A stretch of DNA of 64,000 nt, taken from Methanobacteriota archaeon. GTDB lineage: Archaea; Thermoplasmatota; E2; DHVEG-1. The stretch lies in the NCBI GenBank assembly GCA_963769885.1, contig CAVYNH010000005.1:32001-96000 (forward strand), read 5' to 3'. Of this stretch, positions 10,525 through 20,084 are shown piece by piece; position 1 is the first letter of the stretch; each line of letters begins with the position of its first letter. The notes under the pieces are model-generated. The model made no database searches. It saw only the letters and a program-made list of their open reading frames with translations, and was not told where the DNA came from. The translations under genes were made by a program, and so were the position numbers.

Positions 10525-11538
10525 TTAAATGAAGAGGTGGATGATGGTGTAGGCGGCGAAGCCGATGAGGGCACTGATGGGGATGGTGAGAATCCAGACC
10601 CAGACGATGTTGCGGGCGATGCCCCAGCGGACGGCGCTGAGGCGTTTGGTAGCGCCGACGCCCATGATGGAGGAGCAGATGACGTGGGTGGTGCTTACGG
10701 GGATGCCGGCGACGGAGGCACCGATGATGGTGGCGGCGCCGGCGGTTTCGGCGGCGAAGCCGTTGACGGGGCGGAGTTTGGTGATTTTTTGGCCCATAGT
10801 TTTGACGATGCGCCAGCCGCCAGCAAGGGTGCCGAGGGCGATGGCGGCGTGGGCGGAGAGGATGACCCAGAAGGGGGTGTCCAGGCCTCCCGTGTTGTTC
10901 AGTGAAATGATGCCGATGCTGAAGAGGAGGGGGGTGATGATGCCCATGGTTTTTTGGGCGTCGTTGGTGCCGTGGCTGAAGCTGTAGAGGCCGGCGGAGA
11001 TGAGTTGGAGGCGTTTGAAGTGGTGGTCGATTTTGTCTTTGGAGGTGTGACGGCAGGCCCAGAGGACGGCGACCATGAAAAGGAAGCCGAAGAGCATGCC
11101 GATGAGGGGGGAGACGATCATGAAGGTGACGGCGAGTTCGACGGTTGCGTAGTGTATGCCTGCCGCTGCCGCAATCCCTGATCCCATGACGCCGCCGATG
11201 AGGGCATGCGAGGAGGAGGTGGGGAGCCCAAGGAACCAGGTGATGATGTTCCAGCTAATCGCGCCGATGAGTCCTCCGAGGATGATGAATGGGATAATGT
11301 CGTGACTGACGGTTTCGAGGTTGATGATCTTGCTGATGGTGCTGGCCACGGCGGTGCCGAAGGTGAAGGCGGCGATGAAGTTGAAGAAGGCGGCGAAGGC
11401 GACGGCGCGTCGAGGTGTGAGGACTTTGGTGGAGACGACAGTGGCGATGGAGTTGGCGGAGTCGTGGAAGCCGTTGGTAAAGTCGAAGATTAAGGCGACG
11501 AAGATGATGGCGATGACGAGGATGAGGAGTGGGGTCAT
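10525..11538 (-). CDS. pit: Inorganic phosphate transporter, PiT family
   Basis: NGFHDSAN.IAT, GLPTSSSHALIG, HGTNDAQK, PVSTTH signatures. Confidence 0.96.
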   Translation of the reverse strand: MTPLLILVIAIIFVALIFDFTNGFHDSANSIATVVSTKVLTPRRAVAFAAFFNFIAAFTFGTAVASTISKIINLETVSHDIIPFIILGGLIGAISWNIITWFLGLPTSSSHALIGGVMGSGIAAAAGIHYATVELAVTFMIVSPLIGMLFGFLFMVAVLWACRHTSKDKIDHHFKRLQLISAGLYSFSHGTNDAQKTMGIITPLLFSIGIISLNNTGGLDTPFWVILSAHAAIALGTLAGGWRIVKTMGQKITKLRPVNGFAAETAGAATIIGASVAGIPVSTTHVICSSIMGVGATKRLSAVRWGIARNIVWVWILTIPISALIGFAAYTIIHLFI

Positions 11539-11553
11539 TCCTGTGGTCTCATT

Positions 11554-12183
11554 TTAGGTGTATTTGACGAGGATGTCTCCAACGACGTCGGCGACGTCTT
11601 CGCAACGGTCGATGGCTGCCTCCATGTCTTCGTAGAGTTCTTTGAACTTGATGATCTCCACTGGGTCTTTCCTAGTGAAAAGCTCGGCGGTCGCTTTGCG
11701 CAGGAGGATGTCGCCTTCGTTTTCGAAGGTGTGGACTTCTTTGCAGAAATTCTGGATTTGTTTGGCTTCTTTGAGGTTGCGCAACAGGCTGATGCCGCGG
11801 TGGACGTTGAACGAGGCTTTTTGGAGTGTTTTGGCGAAGTCGATCATGTACATGGGTGGCTTGGTGACTTCGTAGAGGACGAGGCGTTCGCTGACGGCTT
11901 CGAGGTTGTCGAGGATGTCGTCGAGGGCGCTGGTGAGTTTGGAGATGTCTTCGCGGTCGATGGGGGTGATGAAGGTTTTGTTGAGTTCGGCGAAGGTGTC
12001 GTGGACCATTTTGTCGCCGTCGTTTTCGATTTTTTTGATGTTTTGGCGTTTTTGTTCGGTGTTTTCGTAGTGTTCGAGCATGTCGACGAGGGCGTTGACG
12101 CCTTCGATGACGTTGCTGCTTTGTTTTTCGATCATATCAAAAAAATGTTTTTCTTTTGGTAGTATCCACGAGAGAATACCCAT
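11554..12183 (-). CDS. DUF47 phosphate transport regulator
   Basis: FITPIDREDI..L...LDDI and E..IDRCEDVAD motifs; directly upstream of pit. Confidence 0.93.
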   Translation of the reverse strand: MGILSWILPKEKHFFDMIEKQSSNVIEGVNALVDMLEHYENTEQKRQNIKKIENDGDKMVHDTFAELNKTFITPIDREDISKLTSALDDILDNLEAVSERLVLYEVTKPPMYMIDFAKTLQKASFNVHRGISLLRNLKEAKQIQNFCKEVHTFENEGDILLRKATAELFTRKDPVEIIKFKELYEDMEAAIDRCEDVADVVGDILVKYT

Positions 12184-12279
12184 TATTGTCTCACTCCTGC
12201 CGCTATCTGGTGGATTTCGGACTCGCCCCCGGGATGGAATCTTTTGGGAGAATATAAACCCCGCATATTTTTTCCAGGT

Positions 12280-13290
12280 TTAGCCGGGGTGTTCGGCGAC
12301 GAGGTAATTGATCACGTTCTCTGAGATATCCTCCGCGTATTCCCCGATGCGTCGGATGCTGTCGACCATGTAGCCGATGCTGAGGACGATGCTGCCTTTT
12401 TGCTTGAGGATGAGGGTGTTGATGGATTCGCAGAGGGTCTCGAGTTGCTTGACGGACTCGATGGTCTCGTTCGAGGCGGTGATGTCTTTTTTGAAGAAGG
12501 CGGTGAGGCTTTTGTTGAATATGTTGAGGGCGAGGCTGCTTGAGGAGAGCATCTGGTCGATGACCTTCTGGTCGATCTTCGCGTCAATGATGTTCGGGAT
12601 GTAGTGCGTAATCTTCACGACGTGGTCGGCGATGCGTTCCATAATCCTGCCGATGAGAAAGCAGGTCGAGGCCATGCCGACGGTGAGGTTCATTTTCTCG
12701 GCAAGGGTGACGTTCTGCAGGATGATATTATATTGGCGGGCGAGGAGCCAGTGGAGGCGGTCCACGTCATTATCGCGGGAAACGACGTCCTGCGCAAGGA
12801 GCGTGTCTTTTGCCTGCAGGGCTCGCATGGCGTCCTCCAGCATCCCCTTGATGATGATCTGCATTCGTTTCACCGTTCGGTCCAGCGGCATTTCCGTGGG
12901 GTCAAGGAGGTCTTTGAGCGTGATGGAGGTGTCAGTCTCTTCGACGACTTCGGGGCCGATGGCGAGCTGGGTGAAGGAGCGGATGATGTTGCGCTCATCG
13001 ACGGTGATCCTCGAGGTCGACGTAATCCTCAAGGTCGTGTACCCCGCGATGTACGCCCCGATGAGTCGCTGGAGGAGGTAGGTGGGATTCTTGATCGAGC
13101 GGGCTTTGAATTCAATCTCCCGTGGTGTCCGTTCCTGGAGGATCTTGGGAGTGAGGAGCAGTGATCCGTCAGCTTGCACATACAGGTGCAGGGAATCGTT
13201 TTTCTTAATCTGGTGAGACTGGACCCAATGCTTGGGGAGTGTAATAATATAAGACGAGCCGCCGGTCATCTGAACGCGCCTGACATCCAT
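12280..13290 (-). CDS. Archaeal phosphate uptake regulator (AbrB-like N-terminus plus PhoU domains)
   Basis: RRVQMTGGSSYIITLPK.W N-terminus; DNDVDRL, ERIADH, RRIGEYAEDI PhoU-like helices. Confidence 0.92.
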   Translation of the reverse strand: MDVRRVQMTGGSSYIITLPKHWVQSHQIKKNDSLHLYVQADGSLLLTPKILQERTPREIEFKARSIKNPTYLLQRLIGAYIAGYTTLRITSTSRITVDERNIIRSFTQLAIGPEVVEETDTSITLKDLLDPTEMPLDRTVKRMQIIIKGMLEDAMRALQAKDTLLAQDVVSRDNDVDRLHWLLARQYNIILQNVTLAEKMNLTVGMASTCFLIGRIMERIADHVVKITHYIPNIIDAKIDQKVIDQMLSSSSLALNIFNKSLTAFFKKDITASNETIESVKQLETLCESINTLILKQKGSIVLSIGYMVDSIRRIGEYAEDISENVINYLVAEHPG

Positions 13291-13332
13291 AAGAAGGTCA
13301 CCAGAGGGAAAGACTCATCAGGGTTCATAAGG

Positions 13333-13346
13333 ATTTCTATAGAAAT
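13333..13346. promoter_or_regulatory. Perfect 14-bp palindrome in the divergent regulator/pstS promoter
   Basis: atttctatagaaat, with further TATAG/CTATA units at 13365-13390. Confidence 0.45.
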
Positions 13347-13428
13347 ATTGAGACATCATATTACTATATATGCCAATATAGAATATAGCGACAAAGTATA
13401 TATTTTCATTTTCTTTGTATGAACTAAG

Positions 13429-14298
13429 GTGGTATCCATAAACCTCAAAAAAAATGCAACAAAAATACACGTACTCCCTCTTCTCGTCTGCCTTTTCGCT
13501 ACACTCCTCCTCAGCGGGTGCACACAAAATGCAAATTCCACGACAATCTCCTGCGGCGGGTCAACCACAGTTCAACCCATCGCCGATGCCTGCGCACAAG
13601 CATTCATGGCCACCCACCCCAACATCACCGTCCAAGTCTACGGAGGCGGCTCCGCCGTCGGCATCAAAGGAGTCGCCCAAGGAACCTACACCATCGGTGA
13701 CGCATCCCGAGCTGCGAAAGAAGACGACCTCACCGGCATCTCCGGCGTCACCCTCTCCGGCCTCGTGCAACACAAAATCGCGCTGGACGGCATCGCCATC
13801 ATCGTCAGCAAAGAGATCTACAACGCTGGAGTAACCGGCCTCACAAAAAACCAACTGAAAGGCATCTACAACAACACGATCAACAACTGGAAAGACGTCG
13901 GAGGCCCAGACGAAGACATCTTCGTCGTCGGCAGGGACAGCGCCTCAGGAACCTACGGCAGCATCAACGACATGCTCGGCCTCAACTCCACGACCCAAAT
14001 CCTCGACAAGGCGGCCAGCGAGAACGCCCAGGTGAAAGCAGCGGTCGGCGACCCCAACCAAAGGAACGCCATCGGATACGTCGGACTCGGGTTCGTCGAC
14101 AACTCCACCCCAGCAGTGACCATGAACGGGATATACCCAACCGCAGACACCGTCAAGGACAACACCTACCCACTGTCCCGATCGCTCTATATGTACACAA
14201 AAGGAGAAGCCACAGGAATCGCACAGACGTTCATCGACTTCGTCCTCAGCCCCCAGGGACAACAGATCGTCGCTCAAGAAGAATTCATCCCCATCTAA
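13429..14298 (+). CDS. pstS: Phosphate ABC transporter substrate-binding lipoprotein
   Basis: Lipobox LLSGC, GSTTVQP, GGGS..GI, R...SGT, YPLSR.LY. Confidence 0.95.
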   Translation: MVSINLKKNATKIHVLPLLVCLFATLLLSGCTQNANSTTISCGGSTTVQPIADACAQAFMATHPNITVQVYGGGSAVGIKGVAQGTYTIGDASRAAKEDDLTGISGVTLSGLVQHKIALDGIAIIVSKEIYNAGVTGLTKNQLKGIYNNTINNWKDVGGPDEDIFVVGRDSASGTYGSINDMLGLNSTTQILDKAASENAQVKAAVGDPNQRNAIGYVGLGFVDNSTPAVTMNGIYPTADTVKDNTYPLSRSLYMYTKGEATGIAQTFIDFVLSPQGQQIVAQEEFIPI

Positions 14299-14311
14299 GA
14301 GCGAACACCAA

Positions 14312-15196
14312 ATGCCGATCCAAAGCAGGATCAAAGAACAAATCATCAAAAGCATCTTCTTCGCAGCGGCAGCCTTCTCCGTCTTCATCATCCTCTTCAT
14401 CTTCTACTACCTCTTCCAACAAGCGGCCCCCGCCTTCCAGCACGACGGCCTCGGGATATTCAGCACCACATGGATCAGCGAACAACAACGCTACGGCATC
14501 GGAGCCGCCATCTACGGCACCATCATCGTCACCATCGGCGCGATGATCCTCGCCATCCCCCTCGGCATCGCCGGCGCTATCTTTCTGGCAGAGCTCGCCC
14601 CGGAACGCCTCAGACTCATCCTCAAACCCATGATCGAGCTCCTCGCCGGCATCCCCTCTATCGTCTACGGCTTCATCGGCCTCATCCTCCTCCTCGGATA
14701 CCTCCGAGTATCCTTCATGATGCCCTCCGGATTCTCCTACCTCGCCGGCTCCCTGATCCTCGGAATCATGGCCATCCCCATCATCGTCAGCATCTCTGAC
14801 GACGCCATCAAAGCCGTCCCCCGCGAGATAAAAGAAGCCTCCCTCGCCCTCGGAGCCACCCACTGGCAGACCATCAAAAAAGTCATCCTCCCCACCTCCA
14901 TCTCTGGCATCTCCGCCGCCGTCATCCTCGGCATCGGACGAGCCATCGGAGAAACCATGGCCGTCTCCCTCGTCCTCGGCAACATCATCAAAATCCCCAT
15001 CCCACCATGGAACATCTTCGACAGCCACGTCACCACCGTCACCTCCTTCATCGTCACCGAAATGGGAGAATCCTCAGGACTCCAGACCAGCGCCCTCTTC
15101 GCCAGCGCCGTCATCCTCTTCATCATCGTCGCCCTCATGAGCATCGCCTCGAACATCCTCAAAGAACGCGTCCAAAAAAAATATAGAGGTGGATGA
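14312..15196 (+). CDS. pstC: Phosphate ABC transporter permease PstC
   Basis: ELLAGIPSIVYG, EASLALGAT, GRAIGETMAV. Confidence 0.95.
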   Translation: MPIQSRIKEQIIKSIFFAAAAFSVFIILFIFYYLFQQAAPAFQHDGLGIFSTTWISEQQRYGIGAAIYGTIIVTIGAMILAIPLGIAGAIFLAELAPERLRLILKPMIELLAGIPSIVYGFIGLILLLGYLRVSFMMPSGFSYLAGSLILGIMAIPIIVSISDDAIKAVPREIKEASLALGATHWQTIKKVILPTSISGISAAVILGIGRAIGETMAVSLVLGNIIKIPIPPWNIFDSHVTTVTSFIVTEMGESSGLQTSALFASAVILFIIVALMSIASNILKERVQKKYRGG

Positions 15197-15200
15197 CCCC

Positions 15201-16480
15201 ATGGCACAAGGCAAACCCCCACGGAGCACCCATAACCCCCTTAAGAAAATCTTCATCCGCAGCGCACTCACACCAAAAAACATCCTCTGCGCCACAGCCG
15301 TCTCCTTCTCCGTTGTCACCGCCCTCCTCGGCTTCTTCTCCGCAGCACTCTCCTTCTACATCGGAGACCTCGGAGTACGACTCCTCTTCATCGCCCTCTC
15401 CCTCCTCTTCATCAGCCTCCTCACCTACTCCATGGCAATCCAGAAGAAAGGACGACACGCAATCGGACTGCTCGCCTTCACCATCCTCCTCATCCTCTGC
15501 GCCTACGCCGCCCCCCTCATCCCACCCGCCTACGGCCTCCAACCGTTCCAGTTCACCGCCTCCATCCTCAAGTTCCTCGCCATCTCGATGCTCCTCACCA
15601 TCACCGGCATCATCGGCGCATCCCTCGCACTCAAACCCCTCTACAACTTCTCACGCCGCGCAAACGAACTCTCAGCATACTTCCTGCTGACCTTCGCCGT
15701 CCTCCTCATCATCTACCCCCTCATCGTCATCATCGGCAACATCATCGTCAACGGCGCCGGAGGAATCTCCTGGGACTTTCTCACCCAGGACGTCATCAAA
15801 CACGGCGAACTAGGAGGAGTGAACCACGCGATCATCGGCACCCTCATCATCATCGCCGGAACCGCACTCATCGCACTCCCCCTCGGGATCGCCAGCGCCA
15901 TCTACCTCATCGAATACGCGAAAACCGGGCCCGTCGTCCGCATCATCCGCATCGCCGCCGACATCCTCCAAGGAATCCCCTCCATCGTCTTCGGCCTCTT
16001 CGGCCTCGCCGTCTTCGTCCCAGTCTTCGGCATCTCTATCCTCAGCGGCATCCTCATCATGAGCTTCATGACCCTCCCCATCATTATCCGCTCCTCAGAG
16101 GAAGCACTCCTCTGTGTCCCCCACAGCATCAGGGAAGGATCGTACGCCCTCGGAGCAACGAAATGGCAGACGATCCGCCGCACCGTCCTCCCCCCTCCCT
16201 CCCGGGGATTATCACCGGAGGTGTCCTCGGACTCGGCAGAGCCGCAGGAGAGACCGCACCCATCATCTTCACAGCCTCCATCTTTCGAGCCCCCCTCCCC
16301 TCATCACTATTCAGCCCCGCGCAATCCCTCTCGTATCACCTCTACGTCATATCGAAATATATCGGAGCATATCCAGTCGAACAAAACGCCTGGGCCACAG
16401 CCCTGCTCCTCATCGGAATTGTGCTAGGGATGAATGCCTTTGCAATCCTCATACGCGAGAAATATCGGGTCGAATTCTAA
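15201..16480 (+). CDS. pstA: Phosphate ABC transporter permease PstA with N-terminal membrane extension; one-base frameshift at ~16190
   Basis: GIPSIVFGLFG and REGSYALGATKWQTI in the first frame; LPGIITG..LGLGRAAGETAP continues in the 16163..16480 frame after a C6 run. Confidence 0.88.
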
Positions 16481-16495
16481 AGCGGTGGAAAGACA

Positions 16496-17254
16496 ATGAA
16501 TGAACCAATCATCCGGACGGAAAAACTCAGCCTCTGGTACGGCGAAAAACAAGCCCTCATCGACATCGACGTCGAAATCCTCGCACACAAAATTACCGCC
16601 CTCATCGGCCCCTCCGGCTGCGGTAAATCCACACTCATCCGCTGTTTCAACCGCATGAACGACGTGATACCAAACTGCCGAACCACCGGGAAGGTCTATT
16701 TCAAAGGAGAGGAGATCTACGGGCCCCAAGCGGATGCCGTCGAAGTACGAAAAAAAATAGGAATGGTCTTCCAGAAACCCAATCCCTTCCCAAAAACCAT
16801 CTACGAAAACGTCGCCTACGGCCCCAGAGTCCAAGGCATTCACGAGAAAAAAACACTCGACGACATCGTCGAACGAAGCATCCGCATTGCAGCCCTCTGG
16901 GACGAAGTCAAAGACCGCCTCAACGAATCCGCCATGAGCCTCTCCGGCGGCCAACAACAACGCCTCTGCATCGCCCGAGCACTCTCCATCGAACCAGAAG
17001 TCATCCTCATGGACGAGCCCTGCTCCGCACTCGACCCGATAGCAACCGCGAAAATCGAAGACCTCATCTACGAATTGAAACAACACTACACCGTCATCAT
17101 CGTCACCCATAACATGCAACAGGCTGCCAGAGTCAGCGACTACGCAGCCTATATGTATCTCGGCAAGCTTATCGAATACGGGGACACAACACAAATCTTC
17201 GAAAATCCTAAAGAGGAGCTGACGGAAAACTACATCACCGGACGGTTCGGGTAA
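16496..17254 (+). CDS. pstB: Phosphate ABC transporter ATP-binding protein PstB
   Basis: [46 protein letters not shown]. Confidence 0.97.
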   Translation: MNEPIIRTEKLSLWYGEKQALIDIDVEILAHKITALIGPSGCGKSTLIRCFNRMNDVIPNCRTTGKVYFKGEEIYGPQADAVEVRKKIGMVFQKPNPFPKTIYENVAYGPRVQGIHEKKTLDDIVERSIRIAALWDEVKDRLNESAMSLSGGQQQRLCIARALSIEPEVILMDEPCSALDPIATAKIEDLIYELKQHYTVIIVTHNMQQAARVSDYAAYMYLGKLIEYGDTTQIFENPKEELTENYITGRFG

Positions 17255-17266
17255 GGTGAGAAGACC

Positions 17267-17917
17267 ATGGTCGAAATATTCCACAAAGAACTCGAAAACC
17301 TTAAAACAAAGATCGTGAAGATGGGGGACCTCTCCACAAGCATGCTGTGCGACTCCGTAGAGGCACTCAAGAACCTCGACGTGCCACTGGCTGAAAACGT
17401 TCAAGCACGAAAGACCACCCTCGCGACACAGAACATCGACGTCGAAGAGGAAGCCCTCAAACTCATCGCCCTCTACCAGCCGATGGCCATCGATATGCGT
17501 ACCATCGCATGCATCCTGAAAATGGATACCGCCCTGAACCGAATCGGCCGATATGGTAAAGACATCGCGAAAGTCGCCTCGGAAATCGCCCCCGGCCCTC
17601 ACATCAAAAAAATCGTCAGTATCCCTCACATGACCACCCTGGTCTGTTCCATGATTCACGATGCCCTCGAGGCATTCCAGACATGCAACATTGAGAAACT
17701 CAAGAACTTCACAGAACGGGATAACGACGTTGACGCCCTCCGCTACTCCATCTTCCGAGAATGCCTCTCCTATATGTTAGAGAACCCACAGAACATCACC
17801 ATGTGCACACACTACATCCTCGTCGCCCGCTACCTCGAGCGCTGCGGCGACCACGCCTGCGACATGGCCGAGGAGATCATCTACATGGTCAGCGGCCACC
17901 GAGTCCAGCTGAAATGA
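17267..17917 (+). CDS. phoU: Phosphate transport system accessory protein PhoU
   Basis: IALYQPMAIDMR, DNDVD, LERCGDHACD.AE. Confidence 0.95.
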   Translation: MVEIFHKELENLKTKIVKMGDLSTSMLCDSVEALKNLDVPLAENVQARKTTLATQNIDVEEEALKLIALYQPMAIDMRTIACILKMDTALNRIGRYGKDIAKVASEIAPGPHIKKIVSIPHMTTLVCSMIHDALEAFQTCNIEKLKNFTERDNDVDALRYSIFRECLSYMLENPQNITMCTHYILVARYLERCGDHACDMAEEIIYMVSGHRVQLK

Positions 17918-18321
17918 AACAGACCGTCCTCTTCATCTGCACCCACAATGCGGTCCGATCTCAAATGGCAGAAGGCCTCCTCAACGCCCTCTACGCTGAC
18001 AACTACCAGGCCTTCAGCGCAGGCACCGTAAAGACCGGAGTCGACGAAACCGCACAACAAGTCATGAAGGAAATCGGCATCGATATCTCCAAGCACCGAT
18101 CAAAAACCATTGACGAGTTCCAAGGAAAGACCTTCGATTACGTCGTCACGGTCTGTGATCATGCCCGAGAAGCATGCCCGTATTTCCCAGGGAAGAAAAT
18201 CCTGCATCAAGCATTCTACGATCCTGGCGCCTTTCATGGCACCCCAAAGGAAAGGCTGCAGGAATTCCGCAGGATACGGGACGCTATAAAAGCTTGGATC
18301 ATTCAGACATTTGGACCCTGA
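17914..18321 (+). CDS. arsC: Arsenate reductase, thioredoxin-dependent (LMW-PTP fold)
   Basis: FICTHNAVRSQMAE P-loop, VTVCDHAREACP resolving cysteines, DP motif; ATGA overlap with the phoU stop. Confidence 0.9.
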   Translation: MKQTVLFICTHNAVRSQMAEGLLNALYADNYQAFSAGTVKTGVDETAQQVMKEIGIDISKHRSKTIDEFQGKTFDYVVTVCDHAREACPYFPGKKILHQAFYDPGAFHGTPKERLQEFRRIRDAIKAWIIQTFGP

Positions 18322-18362
18322 GCAAAGAATAGCAATCAAGAATCGTGAGGAGACAAAGAACC

Positions 18363-18524
18363 ATGCAAGTCATCTGTCGAAAATGCGGCCGCGAGTTCGA
18401 CTGGGACAGCACCGACATCTTCATGGTCCCATCCTCGTACGGCTATGGGCTCGACTTCGAATGCCGCGACAACCTGAAAAACAGCCGAGGATACAAAAAA
18501 GGAAAAATCCAACTAAAACGATGA
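18363..18524 (+). CDS. Small hypothetical Cys-containing protein (53 aa), below the ORF-track cutoff
   Basis: MQVICRKCGREFDWDSTDIFMVPSSYGYGLDFECRDNLKNSRGYKKGKIQLKR; GAGGAG upstream; fills the gap between arsC and scpB. Confidence 0.6.
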   Translation: MQVICRKCGREFDWDSTDIFMVPSSYGYGLDFECRDNLKNSRGYKKGKIQLKR

Positions 18525-18533
18525 AGCCCGCTG

Positions 18534-19208
18534 TTAACTCGTATCCTGATCCCCAGGCTCTGGCGTAGGCTTCCGCTCAACGGATTCGTCGGCAGACTGC
18601 TTCCCTTCCTCTTTAGGAGACCGCTTACTTGATGACTTCGGCTCCGGTTCATTGACGGCTTGCGGCTGTTCCTGATTTCGAACCTCCTCGATTACGGACC
18701 CGATGACCTTCTTAGCCAAAAACTCCCTGATCTCCTCCGGCTTCGTCGAATCAATCCCAAAATACTCAGGGAACAGCTTCGTTGTCGTCAGAATCTCAGT
18801 CGACCCATGCGGCTTGGAGAACACAAGACGCATAGTGATCAGCTCGTCGACCTCCTCATAGATCTTCTCCCCAATCATATGCCGCAGGTTCGACTGCTTC
18901 ACCGGCTGATGGAAGGCGATTAGTGCCAGGGTCTTCAGCAGCTCAGCCTTGATCTCCGGCTTGGCCACCATCATGGATTGGTCCGTGTACTTCTTCTTCA
19001 CTTGCATGGTGAACTTATTGCCGGCCTTGATGACCTCAAGGGACGTCACATCCTTCCGCTCCGTATCATAGGCCTGCATGAGCGACTCGAGCGCATGGGT
19101 GACCTGGGCATGCGACAGGCCCGTGGCACTCTGAATCTCCTCGATGCTCACTGGTTTTCCTGCGGAGAACAGGACGGATTCAACCAGACGATTCTCACGG
19201 TTCCCCAT
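18534..19208 (-). CDS. scpB: SMC-Scp complex subunit ScpB
   Basis: VESVLFSAGKPV, LKTLALIAFHQPVKQS, TT..F..YFGI; downstream of scpA. Confidence 0.93.
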   Translation of the reverse strand: MGNRENRLVESVLFSAGKPVSIEEIQSATGLSHAQVTHALESLMQAYDTERKDVTSLEVIKAGNKFTMQVKKKYTDQSMMVAKPEIKAELLKTLALIAFHQPVKQSNLRHMIGEKIYEEVDELITMRLVFSKPHGSTEILTTTKLFPEYFGIDSTKPEEIREFLAKKVIGSVIEEVRNQEQPQAVNEPEPKSSSKRSPKEEGKQSADESVERKPTPEPGDQDTS

Positions 19209-19220
19209 TTTTCTCTACTC

Positions 19221-20084
19221 CTATATACACCCCAGTGTTTTAATATAAATTTCTCCGTATGGGAAGCGTTTCTGATGCACGCTGATCCGCTTCTCATACG
19301 CCAAGAATAAGATGGAGAGGAAGATCCGGATGCGCTCCTCTGGTTCACTGCTATGGCAGAGGTCATGGAAGCCGAGGCTTGGTTTCCCAAGCTCTTGGAT
19401 GTGCTGCCAGACGATGGCGATGTCCTCCTCCAGGTGATCCTCGTGGGCGGAGCCGCGCATGGAACTGCGTGCTTTCTCCGCGAGTTTGAGGCGTTCTTCA
19501 CGGCGGAGATCGTCGAGCATCTGGTGCTGTTCTGCCTCCTTTCGCACCTCGTCGAAGGCCTGCAGCAACTCCATGAGCGTGACTTTTCGTGTAGCATCCC
19601 GGCGGAGCGGCTCGACGAGCGGCGGCTCCGGCATCTTCATCAACAGGTTCGTGTAGGAGTACTCCTGGTCGCTGGCCAACCAGGTAGACATGGGGATGTC
19701 GTCCCAGCCGAACCCCGGGTCTAGTGGCTGCTGTTGCTGTTCTTCCATGGTGACAACGAGGTGGTCGCTTTGCAGGCGGAGGATTTTCCAGGCCATGTAA
19801 ATGATGCGCCCGGCGACCATAAGGTCGATTTTTTCTTGTTTGGCGCGGGCGAGGTAGAGGCCAGAGAAGTTGACGAGGTCGATGTCCCAAGGGTCGAAGT
19901 CCTGGTTGACGACCAGGTCAAAGATGAGGTAGACGCTGCGGTCGAAGACGTTGTCGATGGAGGAGGGCTGTGGCATAGTCTGTGCCATAGTGAGGTATTT
20001 GTTGATGTGGCTGCTGTCGTTGTTTTCGTCAATGAGGGCTTTGTGGAAGAGCAGGTGGTTGACGACGTCGTTGTTAACTTCCAA
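19221..20084 (-). CDS. scpA: Segregation/condensation kleisin ScpA
   Basis: DPWDIDL, RKVTL.ELL.A, FLSILFLA...I..Q..PYGEI. Confidence 0.92.
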   Translation of the reverse strand: MEVNNDVVNHLLFHKALIDENNDSSHINKYLTMAQTMPQPSSIDNVFDRSVYLIFDLVVNQDFDPWDIDLVNFSGLYLARAKQEKIDLMVAGRIIYMAWKILRLQSDHLVVTMEEQQQQPLDPGFGWDDIPMSTWLASDQEYSYTNLLMKMPEPPLVEPLRRDATRKVTLMELLQAFDEVRKEAEQHQMLDDLRREERLKLAEKARSSMRGSAHEDHLEEDIAIVWQHIQELGKPSLGFHDLCHSSEPEERIRIFLSILFLAYEKRISVHQKRFPYGEIYIKTLGCI

